Part shown: positions 1 to 6,770 of the stretch, piece by piece
How positions within the stretch are numbered: position 1 is the stretch's first letter
Layout: each line of letters opens with the position of its first letter
Sequence record: MT774389.1
Reading direction: 5' to 3' (one strand)
DNA: 40,000 nucleotides
Origin: an uncultured phage cr116_1
Made by a program: the position numbers and the translations under genes
Notes under the pieces: model-generated
Database searches by the model: none
What the model was told of the DNA's origin: nothing
The model's input: only the letters and a program-made list of their open reading frames with translations

Positions 1-117
1 AGGTAAAGCTTCTATGGTTGTTTTAATATAAAACCAGTAAGCTTTATATACTTTCTCAACAACATCAGGTGATATTCCTAAGTCCTTAGAGACACTTAAG
101 ATAATGTCTTTTTTCAT
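1..117 (-). CDS. Partial small conserved phage protein (N-terminus MKKDIILSVSKDLGISPDVVEKVYKAYWFYIKTTIEALP...), runs off the left edge
   Basis: Open frame on minus strand from ATG at 117 to window edge; ATGA overlap with the stop of ORF 114..500. Confidence 0.6.
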   Translation of the reverse strand, partial: MKKDIILSVSKDLGISPDVVEKVYKAYWFYIKTTIEALP

Positions 118-500
118 TTTATAGGAAATATAACTAAAAGCTGTAAACTCTTTGAATCTTCACTTATATTAGGTATTAACTTAGGATTAATCTTATTATC
201 TATGATAACTTTATTCTTCCTCAATTTACCCATTATAACTTGAAAGTGTGCCAATGTTATATTGCAGTCTTCTCTAACCTTTCTCTTAGTCTCTTCACTC
301 ATAAGCACTGTATCTAATAATGAACTATCAGTAATTACTTTTGATAGTTCATATCTATGCTTAGTGAATGAGGCTATAACATCTATCTCCCTATCAGTAA
401 GATGATGTAAAGGTCTTAAGAATATAAACCAGCACTTAAAGAACTCATCACCTAATGGTGATTGGGAAAGTCCTATAACATTGTTAACTTTCCCAATCAT
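114..500 (-). CDS. Conserved phage hypothetical protein
   Basis: 128 aa ORF, tightly packed with neighbours on the same strand. Confidence 0.75.
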   Translation of the reverse strand: MIGKVNNVIGLSQSPLGDEFFKCWFIFLRPLHHLTDREIDVIASFTKHRYELSKVITDSSLLDTVLMSEETKRKVREDCNITLAHFQVIMGKLRKNKVIIDNKINPKLIPNISEDSKSLQLLVIFPIK

Positions 501-503
501 TGT

Positions 504-734
504 TTACTCCTCTTTCTTATCTTCTTGAGGATAACCAAATACAATGTGGTCAATTTCCACTCTTGCTTTAGTTTTCAATTCCTCATCAAAGTTACCTTCA
601 ACTATCTTAAATAGATAGTCAAGTCTCTTGAAAGTGTTAGCTAGATTAGCCTCCTGCAACTTCTGATACAGAATACTAATTTGTTCATTTGCAGCAGCTT
701 TAACCTGCTCTACTGTCATTTTTGTCTCTTCCAT
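504..734 (-). CDS. Hypothetical protein
   Basis: 76 aa ORF, packed between neighbours. Confidence 0.7.
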   Translation of the reverse strand: MEETKMTVEQVKAAANEQISILYQKLQEANLANTFKRLDYLFKIVEGNFDEELKTKARVEIDHIVFGYPQEDKKEE

Positions 735-735
735 A

Positions 736-939
736 TTAAAATTTGTCTAAATAATCAAAACCAAACTTATCTCTATACATCTGTCTCCATGTATTTATAT
801 CAGTTTTACCAATATTTGTAGCACCACATTCATCACAATAATCTAGTTCTTCCATACCAGGAACTGACTTTATTTTTAATGATAAACATTGCTTACAATA
901 AAATACAGGTTCATTATTAAACTCATTATTATCTGCCAT
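736..939 (-). CDS. Small zinc-ribbon protein
   Basis: 67 aa ORF with CKQC...CDECG cysteine pairs. Confidence 0.7.
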   Translation of the reverse strand: MADNNEFNNEPVFYCKQCLSLKIKSVPGMEELDYCDECGATNIGKTDINTWRQMYRDKFGFDYLDKF

Positions 940-944
940 AATAA

Positions 945-1082
945 TTATTCTTTACTATAATATAGTAAGTAGAACTGCCCTTGAGATTGTTGGATAGTTA
1001 CTACCTCTTCTTTAGTTATACCTAAATCATTTGCCTGTTTTACAAGCTGCCTTAGATTAAGTGCATTTAATATTTGCATCAT
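945..1082 (-). CDS. Small hypothetical protein MMQILNALNLRQLVKQANDLGITKEEVVTIQQSQGQFYLLYYSKE (absent from ORF track)
   Basis: 45 aa ORF filling the gap between the tRNA-Met and ORF 736..939. Confidence 0.55.
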   Translation of the reverse strand: MMQILNALNLRQLVKQANDLGITKEEVVTIQQSQGQFYLLYYSKE

Positions 1083-1096
1083 ATTATTTATATTAG

Positions 1097-1169
1097 TTCA
1101 GGGAGGGGGAGTCGAACCCCCGACCTTTAGCTTATGAGACTAACTAGCTACCACTGCTAACACCCCTGT
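1097..1169 (-). tRNA. tRNA-Met(CAT)
   Basis: Cloverleaf: T arm GGGGG-TTCGACT-CCCCC, anticodon loop CTCATAA, acceptor ACAGGGG/TCCCTGA (first pair A-A mismatch). Confidence 0.85.
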
Positions 1170-1262
1170 ATATAGCCTACAATAAACTATAAAATAGTTC
1201 TCTAGTAGGCATAGAGTGTATAAATATTACCGCATTAATTTATACAATCTATTTTATAGTAG

Positions 1263-1335
1263 AGGTCCCTGTAAGACTCGAACTTACATCCCTTGGTTAC
1301 AAAGCAAGGATACTAAACCTTTATACTAAGAGACC
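1263..1335 (-). tRNA. tRNA-Thr(TGT)
   Basis: Acceptor GGTCTCT/AGGGACC, T arm GTAAG-TTCGAGT-CTTAC, anticodon loop TTTGTAA. Confidence 0.85.
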
Positions 1336-1349
1336 ATCTTTAACAGTTG

Positions 1350-1381
1350 CAAAGGTAAGTAATTTATTTGAAACTACCAAA
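1350..1381 (-). promoter_or_regulatory. Bacteroides-type sigma70 (sigABfr) promoter driving tRNA-Thr
   Basis: Minus strand TTTG-N20-TACCTTTG, with T/A-rich upstream tract; predicted start is a few nt from the tRNA 5' end. Confidence 0.8.
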
Positions 1382-1413
1382 TTTTTTAGCAACTTTTTTA
1401 TAATTATTTTTAG

Positions 1414-1494
1414 TACCCACTGAGAGACTCGAACTCTCACATCAAAGATACTAGAGCCTAAATCTAGCCTGTATACCAATTTCAGCAAGTGGGT
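1414..1494 (-). tRNA. tRNA-Leu(TAG)
   Basis: Acceptor ACCCACT/AGTGGGT, anticodon arm CTAGA-TTTAGGC-TCTAG, long variable arm, T arm GAGAG-TTCGAGT-CTCTC. Confidence 0.85.
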
Positions 1495-1725
1495 ATGAGC
1501 CTAGATTAGTGTAATCTTCATTACACACCCTTTTTATAACTAGGCAGGGGCAGGACTTCTGCTTGACTATCTGTCACTTATAGCCTTAATGAACTCTGTG
1601 TTAAGGCACTCACATGGATTCTACGACATCCAAAAGGGGCTAGTCTTACTCTACAAGTATTTTATACTCAGAAACCCTAAGAGTTACGTTGCTACATTAT
1701 TCTAGAATTTATAGCTTTATTATTG

Positions 1726-1799
1726 TGTACCAAATGGGACTCGAACCCACATAATTCAATTTAGAAGATTGATGCTTGAATCCATTCAGCTATTGGTAC
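1726..1799 (-). tRNA. tRNA-Arg(TCT)
   Basis: Acceptor GTACCAA/TTGGTAC, anticodon arm TCAAT-CTTCTAA-ATTGA, T arm GTGGG-TTCGAGT-CCCAT. Confidence 0.85.
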
Positions 1800-1807
1800 A
1801 TTATTTA

Positions 1808-2422
1808 TTATTCTTCTTTATATTTATAATATCTATAATAGTTTCTTGCACTATTTTTATTTTTAGATTTATAAGTATCTAATTGACTGTCACAGTTAGG
1901 ACATATACATCTAAGATTATCTCTTTTATTATTAGCAGCATTTCCATCTATATGGTCAACTATAAATACTAGCTCTTTATTATTCCAAAGAGGAGATATA
2001 CCACAAATAGCACATTTATTACCCTGTTCTTTTAAAATATCCTCTCTAAATATTGAAGGAGAATAATTAGCCCTCATTATAGATTTATTTCCATCTATAA
2101 TTTTTTGATATGCTATTTTATGTCGATACTCTAGTTGACATTTCTTACAGCAATATATATTATAACTACTTTTGTATTTAGTAAATATCTTATTACAGTT
2201 CTTACAAATTGCTTTTTCTTTAGGAATTAAGATTACTCCTTTATTAAAGGACTCTTCTAAATTAATATTCCTTCTAACAGGAATAGATACACCTAAACGT
2301 TTTGCAGCTTTCTTAATAGCATTACCACTTACTCCATATAGTTCCCCTATAGTTTTGTAGGTAAGTTTTTGTATGTTTATATAGGTATCTAATTCTTCTT
2401 TATTATATTTTCTCTGACTCAT
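1808..2422 (-). CDS. HNH homing-type endonuclease with N-terminal helix-turn-helix region
   Basis: NKCAICGISPLWNNKELVFIVDHIDGNAANNKRDNLRCICPNC HNH/zinc motifs; located between two tRNA genes. Confidence 0.9.
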   Translation of the reverse strand: MSQRKYNKEELDTYINIQKLTYKTIGELYGVSGNAIKKAAKRLGVSIPVRRNINLEESFNKGVILIPKEKAICKNCNKIFTKYKSSYNIYCCKKCQLEYRHKIAYQKIIDGNKSIMRANYSPSIFREDILKEQGNKCAICGISPLWNNKELVFIVDHIDGNAANNKRDNLRCICPNCDSQLDTYKSKNKNSARNYYRYYKYKEE

Positions 2423-2423
2423 G

Positions 2424-2507
2424 TAGGAGTAGAGGGACTCGAACCCTCAAAGACTTATGTCCATAACTGTTTAAGAGTCACATGTTTACCTATTTCATCA
2501 TACTCCC
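2424..2507 (-). tRNA. tRNA-Leu(TAA)
   Basis: Acceptor GGGAGTA/TACTCCT, anticodon arm TGACT-CTTAAAC-AGTTA, T arm GAGGG-TTCGAGT-CCCTC. Confidence 0.85.
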
Positions 2508-2543
2508 TTTTATCTACCAATTCCAACATGGAGGCATCATTAT

Positions 2544-2786
2544 TTATACTAGCAGATTCTTTAGTACTAGAATAAAGATAATCTGTAAGGATTGACCTAT
2601 CAATCCACCTATTTCTGTGGCAGCTATATCAAGCCAATCAAACTTATCACCATATTGTTTGTCTTTAAATTCCATTCCTACAGCAAGACCTGTGGTAAAT
2701 AATATAGTTCCTGCAAAGGATGAATAAATACCATATTTAAGATGTTTAGGTCTATTACTTTCAAATAACCACATATTATATATATA
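2544..2786 (-). CDS. Small membrane/periplasmic hypothetical protein
   Basis: The annotated ORF 2544..2822 overlaps tRNA-His at its 5' end, so an internal start is likely; C-terminal hydrophobic segment; AVGMEFKDKQYGDKFDWLDIAATEIGGLIGQ region. Confidence 0.6.
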   Translation of the reverse strand, partial: YIYNMWLFESNRPKHLKYGIYSSFAGTILFTTGLAVGMEFKDKQYGDKFDWLDIAATEIGGLIGQSLQIIFILVLKNLLV

Positions 2787-2795
2787 CATTATTAG

Positions 2796-2868
2796 GGTGT
2801 TAGATGGGATTTGAACCCACAACCTAAGGAATCACAAACCTTTGCTCTGCCAATTGAGCTACTAACAC
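2796..2868 (-). tRNA. tRNA-His(GTG)
   Basis: Acceptor GTGTTAG/CTAACAC, discriminator C, anticodon loop TTGTGAT, T arm with TTCAAAT loop. Confidence 0.85.
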
Positions 2869-2870
2869 AG

Positions 2871-2944
2871 TGGGTATAACAGGATTTGAACCTATGACTT
2901 CTTGAATATCAGTCAAGTACTCTAACCAACTGAGTTATATACCC
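2871..2944 (-). tRNA. tRNA-Ile(GAT)
   Basis: Acceptor GGGTATA/TATACCC, anticodon arm CTTGA-CTGATAT-TCAAG. Confidence 0.9.
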
Positions 2945-2948
2945 TTAG

Positions 2949-3021
2949 TGGGAAAGGTAAGAATCGAACTTACATCCAAGGATTTTCAGTCCTCTGCATA
3001 GACCATCTTTGCTACTTTCCC
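2949..3021 (-). tRNA. tRNA-Phe(GAA)
   Basis: Acceptor GGGAAAG/CTTTCCC, anticodon loop CTGAAAA. Confidence 0.9.
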
Positions 3022-3025
3022 ATTG

Positions 3026-3096
3026 CAGATAGAGAAGGATTTGAACCATCATCTTCTAGTTTTGGAGACTAGGTTTTACCATTAAACTATCTACCT
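3026..3096 (-). tRNA. tRNA-Trp(CCA)
   Basis: Acceptor AGGTAGA/TCTATCT, anticodon arm CTAGT-CTCCAAA-ACTAG, discriminator G. Confidence 0.85.
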
Positions 3097-3114
3097 ATTT
3101 TTATATCTTTTATG

Positions 3115-3187
3115 CTGGCATACAAGGACTCGAACCTTGATTCATTGATTAACAGTCAATCGTACTAAACCCTTATACTATATGCCA
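3115..3187 (-). tRNA. tRNA-Asn(GTT)
   Basis: Acceptor TGGCATA/TATGCCA, anticodon arm ATTGA-CTGTTAA-TCAAT, discriminator G. Confidence 0.9.
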
Positions 3188-3220
3188 ATATATTATATTA
3201 TCAACTCTACATCAAAGGAA

Positions 3221-3325
3221 CTAGATTCCTACTGGAATAGTTCCTGAAGGTGTATAAGGGCATTTAGCCAAAGCATTTAAATAAGCATTTACACCTTTCT
3301 TAATTAAAGATAAAATCTTTTTCAT
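3221..3325 (-). CDS. 34-aa peptide MKKILSLIKKGVNAYLNALAKCPYTPSGTIPVGI (absent from ORF track)
   Basis: Only open frame in a gap inside the tRNA array; amphipathic N-terminus. Confidence 0.4.
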   Translation of the reverse strand: MKKILSLIKKGVNAYLNALAKCPYTPSGTIPVGI

Positions 3326-3385
3326 ATTAATATAATTTAGAGTTAATAATGTGAATTATCAACTTAACTATCACTATAGTTAGTG

Positions 3386-3459
3386 TGGAGCAAGAGGGAC
3401 TTGAACCCTTAATTCTTCCTTGCAAAGGAAGTATGTTAGCCAATTACATCACTTGCCCC
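3386..3459 (-). tRNA. tRNA-Ala(TGC)
   Basis: Acceptor GGGGCAA/TTGCTCC, anticodon arm CTTCC-TTTGCAA-GGAAG. Confidence 0.9.
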
Positions 3460-3532
3460 ATAGTAGGGAATAATAAATTTGAACTCTTGACCTCAGCATC
3501 ATACAAATTATTACACCACATAGCCTATATAG

Positions 3533-3604
3533 TAGAGCCAAGGAGATTTGAACCCCTGTGACAAGGTTGAAAACCTTGCATCCTTACCACTAGATGATAG
3601 CTCC
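3533..3604 (-). tRNA. tRNA-Glu(TTC)
   Basis: Acceptor GGAGCTA/TGGCTCT, anticodon arm CAAGG-TTTTCAA-CCTTG. Confidence 0.9.
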
Positions 3605-3677
3605 ATGCACCTCTTCCATCTTCACAGATTAAGGAGGTTAATTAATATAAACAACAAACAAACAACTAACTTTCTAG

Positions 3678-3749
3678 TTGCCTCTAAGGGATTTGAACCC
3701 CCACTCTAAGCTCCAAAAACTTGTGTGCTAACCATTACACTAAGAGGCA
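3678..3749 (-). tRNA. tRNA-Gln(TTG)
   Basis: Acceptor TGCCTCT/AGAGGCA (U1-A72 typical of Gln), anticodon loop TTTTGGA, T loop TTCAAAT. Confidence 0.8.
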
Positions 3750-3767
3750 TTGTTTGTTAACTGAGTG

Positions 3768-3799
3768 CAAAGGTATAAATAATATTTGAAACTACCAAA
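3768..3799 (-). promoter_or_regulatory. Bacteroides-type promoter at the head of the minus-strand tRNA operon
   Basis: Minus strand TTTG-N20-TACCTTTG; 22-nt core tatttgaaactaccaaattttt identical to that at 1350..1381. Confidence 0.85.
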
Positions 3800-4057
3800 T
3801 TTTTCATTAACTTTTTTCATACTATAAGTAAATTATTTATGTTTAGAGAGATTTTGAGAAAAATTTTCTGAAATTTTTTTTGAAATTTAGTATTTATGGA
3901 AGTGAAGTATAATCTAAAACAACACCCCACCCAGCTTTTGGAATTGGGGATAGTCCCCTAGGGTCTTTGTTGGAGAATCTAATCTCAGCATGACTCTCAC
4001 ATACTTTTGATATTAATTTAAAACCTCTCACTGTATAGGTCAAGTGATATTCATACT

Positions 4058-4375
4058 ATGGCAACAACAGCAACAACAGTAGGAATCAAGAACTCTTGGT
4101 CATTAATCTCATTTGCTAAGGCTCATGGCAGAATGAAAGTAGCTCCCTTTGTCAACAAAGAGACAGGAGAGTGCTTCAAGAGCTGTGCATTCCTCAGCTC
4201 TGAGGGAGAAGTCACCTTGGTGGCTTTCAGTAGTAATCTTGGGGAATTAACTCCTAAGCAGATTGCTGCACAGAAGGATAACCTTCAAGTAGTTCAGTTG
4301 GAGAGTGGCAGCTTCAAGCTGTGTAAGGTGGGTCGTGACACTTGGGAAGATGTTGACCTTGGACTCCCAGAGTAA
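4058..4375 (+). CDS. Hypothetical protein, paralogue A of a 105-aa duplicated family
   Basis: ORF; very high identity to ORF 6209..6520. Confidence 0.85.
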   Translation: MATTATTVGIKNSWSLISFAKAHGRMKVAPFVNKETGECFKSCAFLSSEGEVTLVAFSSNLGELTPKQIAAQKDNLQVVQLESGSFKLCKVGRDTWEDVDLGLPE

Positions 4376-4377
4376 TG

Positions 4378-4406
4378 AGGGAGGAGCATAGCTCCTCTCT
4401 TTTTTC
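4378..4406 (+). terminator. Rho-independent terminator
   Basis: GAGGAGC-ATA-GCTCCTC stem followed by TCTTTTTT. Confidence 0.85.
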
Positions 4407-4437
4407 TAATCAAACAACACTCTCTCTTTCATTTGAT

Positions 4438-4683
4438 ATGAAAGAGACTCTTATTATTTGCATCTTATCTATTATTTTAGGTATGATTGCAGGCTTTGTA
4501 GCAGGGCATAGTGTTGCTACATCTGAATCAGTTAAATATCTTGAGGCTTATGATGCTTACAATAAAGCTACTGAAGAGCTTCTTGATACTCTAGATAGTC
4601 AGTATGATTGGGTTGATGCTTTTGACCCTTATGATTACTATGATTCTAGAGCTAAACTTGATTCTCTTCTTTATAGAAAGTAA
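4438..4683 (+). CDS. Small membrane-anchored protein (MKETLIICILSIILGMIAGFVAGHS...)
   Basis: N-terminal TM segment; start trimmed from 4375 because the upstream part overlaps the terminator. Confidence 0.65.
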   Translation: MKETLIICILSIILGMIAGFVAGHSVATSESVKYLEAYDAYNKATEELLDTLDSQYDWVDAFDPYDYYDSRAKLDSLLYRK

Positions 4684-4702
4684 ATAATAACTAAAGCTTT
4701 TT

Positions 4703-4735
4703 CAGTTTGCTCTAGTGTGGAAACTGTAAGATAAT
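4703..4735 (+). promoter_or_regulatory. Leader hairpin copy 1 upstream of ORF 4736
   Basis: CAGTTT-gctctagtgtgg-AAACTG, homologous to 5048..5071. Confidence 0.5.
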
Positions 4736-5011
4736 ATGGAAGAAAAGACATTAAAGGACCTCATTGATGAGGGAGTTAGAGAGATTTATATTAGGAGTTA
4801 TGGCTATATAGAGCTGTCACTCTTAGGTAACACATGGCAGCCTTTTGGTAACAAAGCTAGATACATCAGATTTGTTGTTGAAGGCTATGGTGATTATACT
4901 AGCAGAACATTCTTCTTTGATGATGAAGAACCTGCTTTAGATGACGTCTTTGTGCTAAAGGAGGATAAATGGGTCTCACAGAGAGACTTTGATTTGGCTT
5001 GTAGAGGCTAA
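4736..5011 (+). CDS. Hypothetical protein
   Basis: 91 aa ORF. Confidence 0.75.
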   Translation: MEEKTLKDLIDEGVREIYIRSYGYIELSLLGNTWQPFGNKARYIRFVVEGYGDYTSRTFFFDDEEPALDDVFVLKEDKWVSQRDFDLACRG

Positions 5012-5047
5012 TTAATCCTCCTCTATTCTTGAACTTTAAAGCTCTTT

Positions 5048-5079
5048 CAGTCTGCTCTAGTATGGAGACTGTATTTACT
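5048..5079 (+). promoter_or_regulatory. Leader hairpin copy 2 upstream of ORF starting at 5080
   Basis: CAGTCT-gctctagtatgg-AGACTG; compensatory change relative to copy 1. Confidence 0.5.
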
Positions 5080-5400
5080 ATGTGTGAAAATAATATTCCA
5101 ACTATTGAGAATCTTAATAACTGTGATGAACTCATAGAGTTTGTATGTAATAAACTTGCAGATTATCCTGGTGATATTGTTGTATTTCAGGGTGATAATC
5201 TTGAGGTAACTAAGACTGACCTTAGCTATGAGGAGATTGGAGTCATTAAAGGAGATACTCTTGTGTCTATTTCTTCTAGTGCTGAAGGCTTCTTTGACCT
5301 TCATGCTATAAAGAGTCCTATGAGTTTTGATGATAATTTCCCTTGTGTAGTTGTACCTGATTATGTAAAGGATAAACTCATTGCTACTTTAAAAGGTTAA
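5080..5400 (+). CDS. Hypothetical protein (MCENNIPTIENLNNCDELIEFVCNK...)
   Basis: ORF 5029..5400 trimmed to the ATG after the repeated leader. Confidence 0.65.
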   Translation: MCENNIPTIENLNNCDELIEFVCNKLADYPGDIVVFQGDNLEVTKTDLSYEEIGVIKGDTLVSISSSAEGFFDLHAIKSPMSFDDNFPCVVVPDYVKDKLIATLKG

Positions 5401-5413
5401 TGATAATGTATAT

Positions 5414-5447
5414 AGTAGTGTGGGAATAAAACTCCACACTACTTTTA
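5414..5447 (+). terminator. Terminator-like hairpin
   Basis: AGTAGTGTGG-N10-CCACACTACT perfect 10-bp stem followed by TTT. Confidence 0.65.
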
Positions 5448-5459
5448 AATAAAAGAGTT

Positions 5460-5786
5460 ATGGAAAAGATAATATATGGACAATCTGTTGAGAAAGGACA
5501 GATATTAGAAATAACTGTCCCTAATGTAGAGTACCCTATAAAAGCTATAGTACTTGATATAATAGGATATTCTACAGGTGATAATAGTGCTCACTGTGTG
5601 TGTATAATGTATGCACAGAAGAGACTATTTAAAGCTTCATTTGAATATAACTGGTCTATAGAAGATAGTTATGATGAAGACTTTGATGCACCAGAAGAAG
5701 TAGAAGTTCACTACTATTCAAACTTGAAGTATGAAGAAATAATAGTAGAATATTGTGAGATACCTGGTATACCATCAAATATTTAA
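5460..5786 (+). CDS. Hypothetical acidic protein
   Basis: 108 aa ORF. Confidence 0.75.
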   Translation: MEKIIYGQSVEKGQILEITVPNVEYPIKAIVLDIIGYSTGDNSAHCVCIMYAQKRLFKASFEYNWSIEDSYDEDFDAPEEVEVHYYSNLKYEEIIVEYCEIPGIPSNI

Positions 5787-5795
5787 TGATAGAGA

Positions 5796-5828
5796 GTAGT
5801 GTAAAGTTTATACCTTACACTACTTTTT
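5796..5828 (+). terminator. Rho-independent terminator
   Basis: GTAGTGTAA-N10-TTACACTAC then TTTTT. Confidence 0.8.
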
Positions 5829-6208
5829 AAACCCTTTTCTTTCTTTATATATTTCTTTCTTTTAGGAATATATAAATTAATAATAAATAATAGTTTCTTT
5901 CTTTTGGTTCTTTTCTTTCTTAGAGCAACCTTGTTAGGTTTACACAATGCAAACTATTGTATAGAATGAAAAAGTTATGCCATATTAATAGTGTCAACAA
6001 ACTTAGACTGGGATAATCTAATCACTAGAATAGCTTAGTGTGCTAAGCTTGTATTGTGTTAAATTCTAATCTAAACAGAACTCCACCTATATTTTGATAG
6101 AAAAAAGATTAATCAGAAGTTAGCTGTTTCTGATAATCTAAATTAATAATGCAGCTAGGTAGCATAGTACTTTAATTTATGCAGTAGTCCTGAAATGGAT
6201 AGTTTATT

Positions 6209-6520
6209 ATGGCTAATACAGCACAGAATGTAGGTATTAAGAACTCTTGGTCTTTGCTCTCTTTTGCACGAGCACATGGTAAAATGAAAGTTGCTCCTTT
6301 TGTTAATAAGGAGACTGGCGAAGCTTTCAAGTCTTGTGCTTTTGTTAATTCTAATGGTGCTACTACTCTTGTAGCTTTCAGCTCTAACCTTGGAGAGCTT
6401 ACACCTCGACAGATTGCTGCTCAGAAAGATAGTCTGCAAGTTGTTGAGCTTGAGTCAGGAACTTTCAAGCTTTGCAGACAAGGCAATAGCTCTTGGGAGG
6501 ATGTAGACCTTGGTCTTTAA
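6209..6520 (+). CDS. Hypothetical protein, paralogue B of a duplicated family
   Basis: ORF; conserved with ORF 4058..4375 (GIKNSWSL.SFA.AHG.MKVAPFVNKETGE.FKSCAF). Confidence 0.85.
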   Translation: MANTAQNVGIKNSWSLLSFARAHGKMKVAPFVNKETGEAFKSCAFVNSNGATTLVAFSSNLGELTPRQIAAQKDSLQVVELESGTFKLCRQGNSSWEDVDLGL

Positions 6521-6528
6521 GATTTGAT

Positions 6529-6595
6529 ATTGGAGGATGGTAGTCTTTGCAAGTTTGCTAGACTATCATCTCTCCACTCCAATCTATCTTTTTCT
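6529..6595 (+). terminator. Nested hairpin terminator
   Basis: Outer ATTGGAG/CTCCAAT and inner GATGGTAGTCT/AGACTATCATC stems followed by CTATCTTTTTC. Confidence 0.7.
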
Positions 6596-6770
6596 TCTAC
6601 AAAAATCTTGCAAGAATAGCTAATATATAACTATTCTTACTGATTTAAAGATTAAAGACTATGATTTACTTACTTCAAAAGTTCATGTTAGGGCTGCTAG
6701 AAATGGCAATATTATGGATAGCCTATGCAATATTCATAAAGTATATAATACAAGATAAACAAGATAAACA

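Noticed and set aside
2172-2360. Plus-strand ORF of 62 aa
   Set aside because: Lies entirely inside the minus-strand HNH endonuclease; no independent support
2787-2822. 5' part of ORF 2544..2822
   Set aside because: Most of this stretch lies within tRNA-His (2796..2868) on the same strand, so the true start is more likely internal
3941-3958. GGGGA-TAG-TCCCC hairpin upstream of ORF 4058 as a terminator
   Set aside because: Only 5 bp and no U-tract; not enough to call
4899-6439. Minus-strand ORFs 4899..5135, 5047..5304 and 6155..6439
   Set aside because: Antisense to better supported plus-strand genes, low-complexity composition, no recognisable motifs
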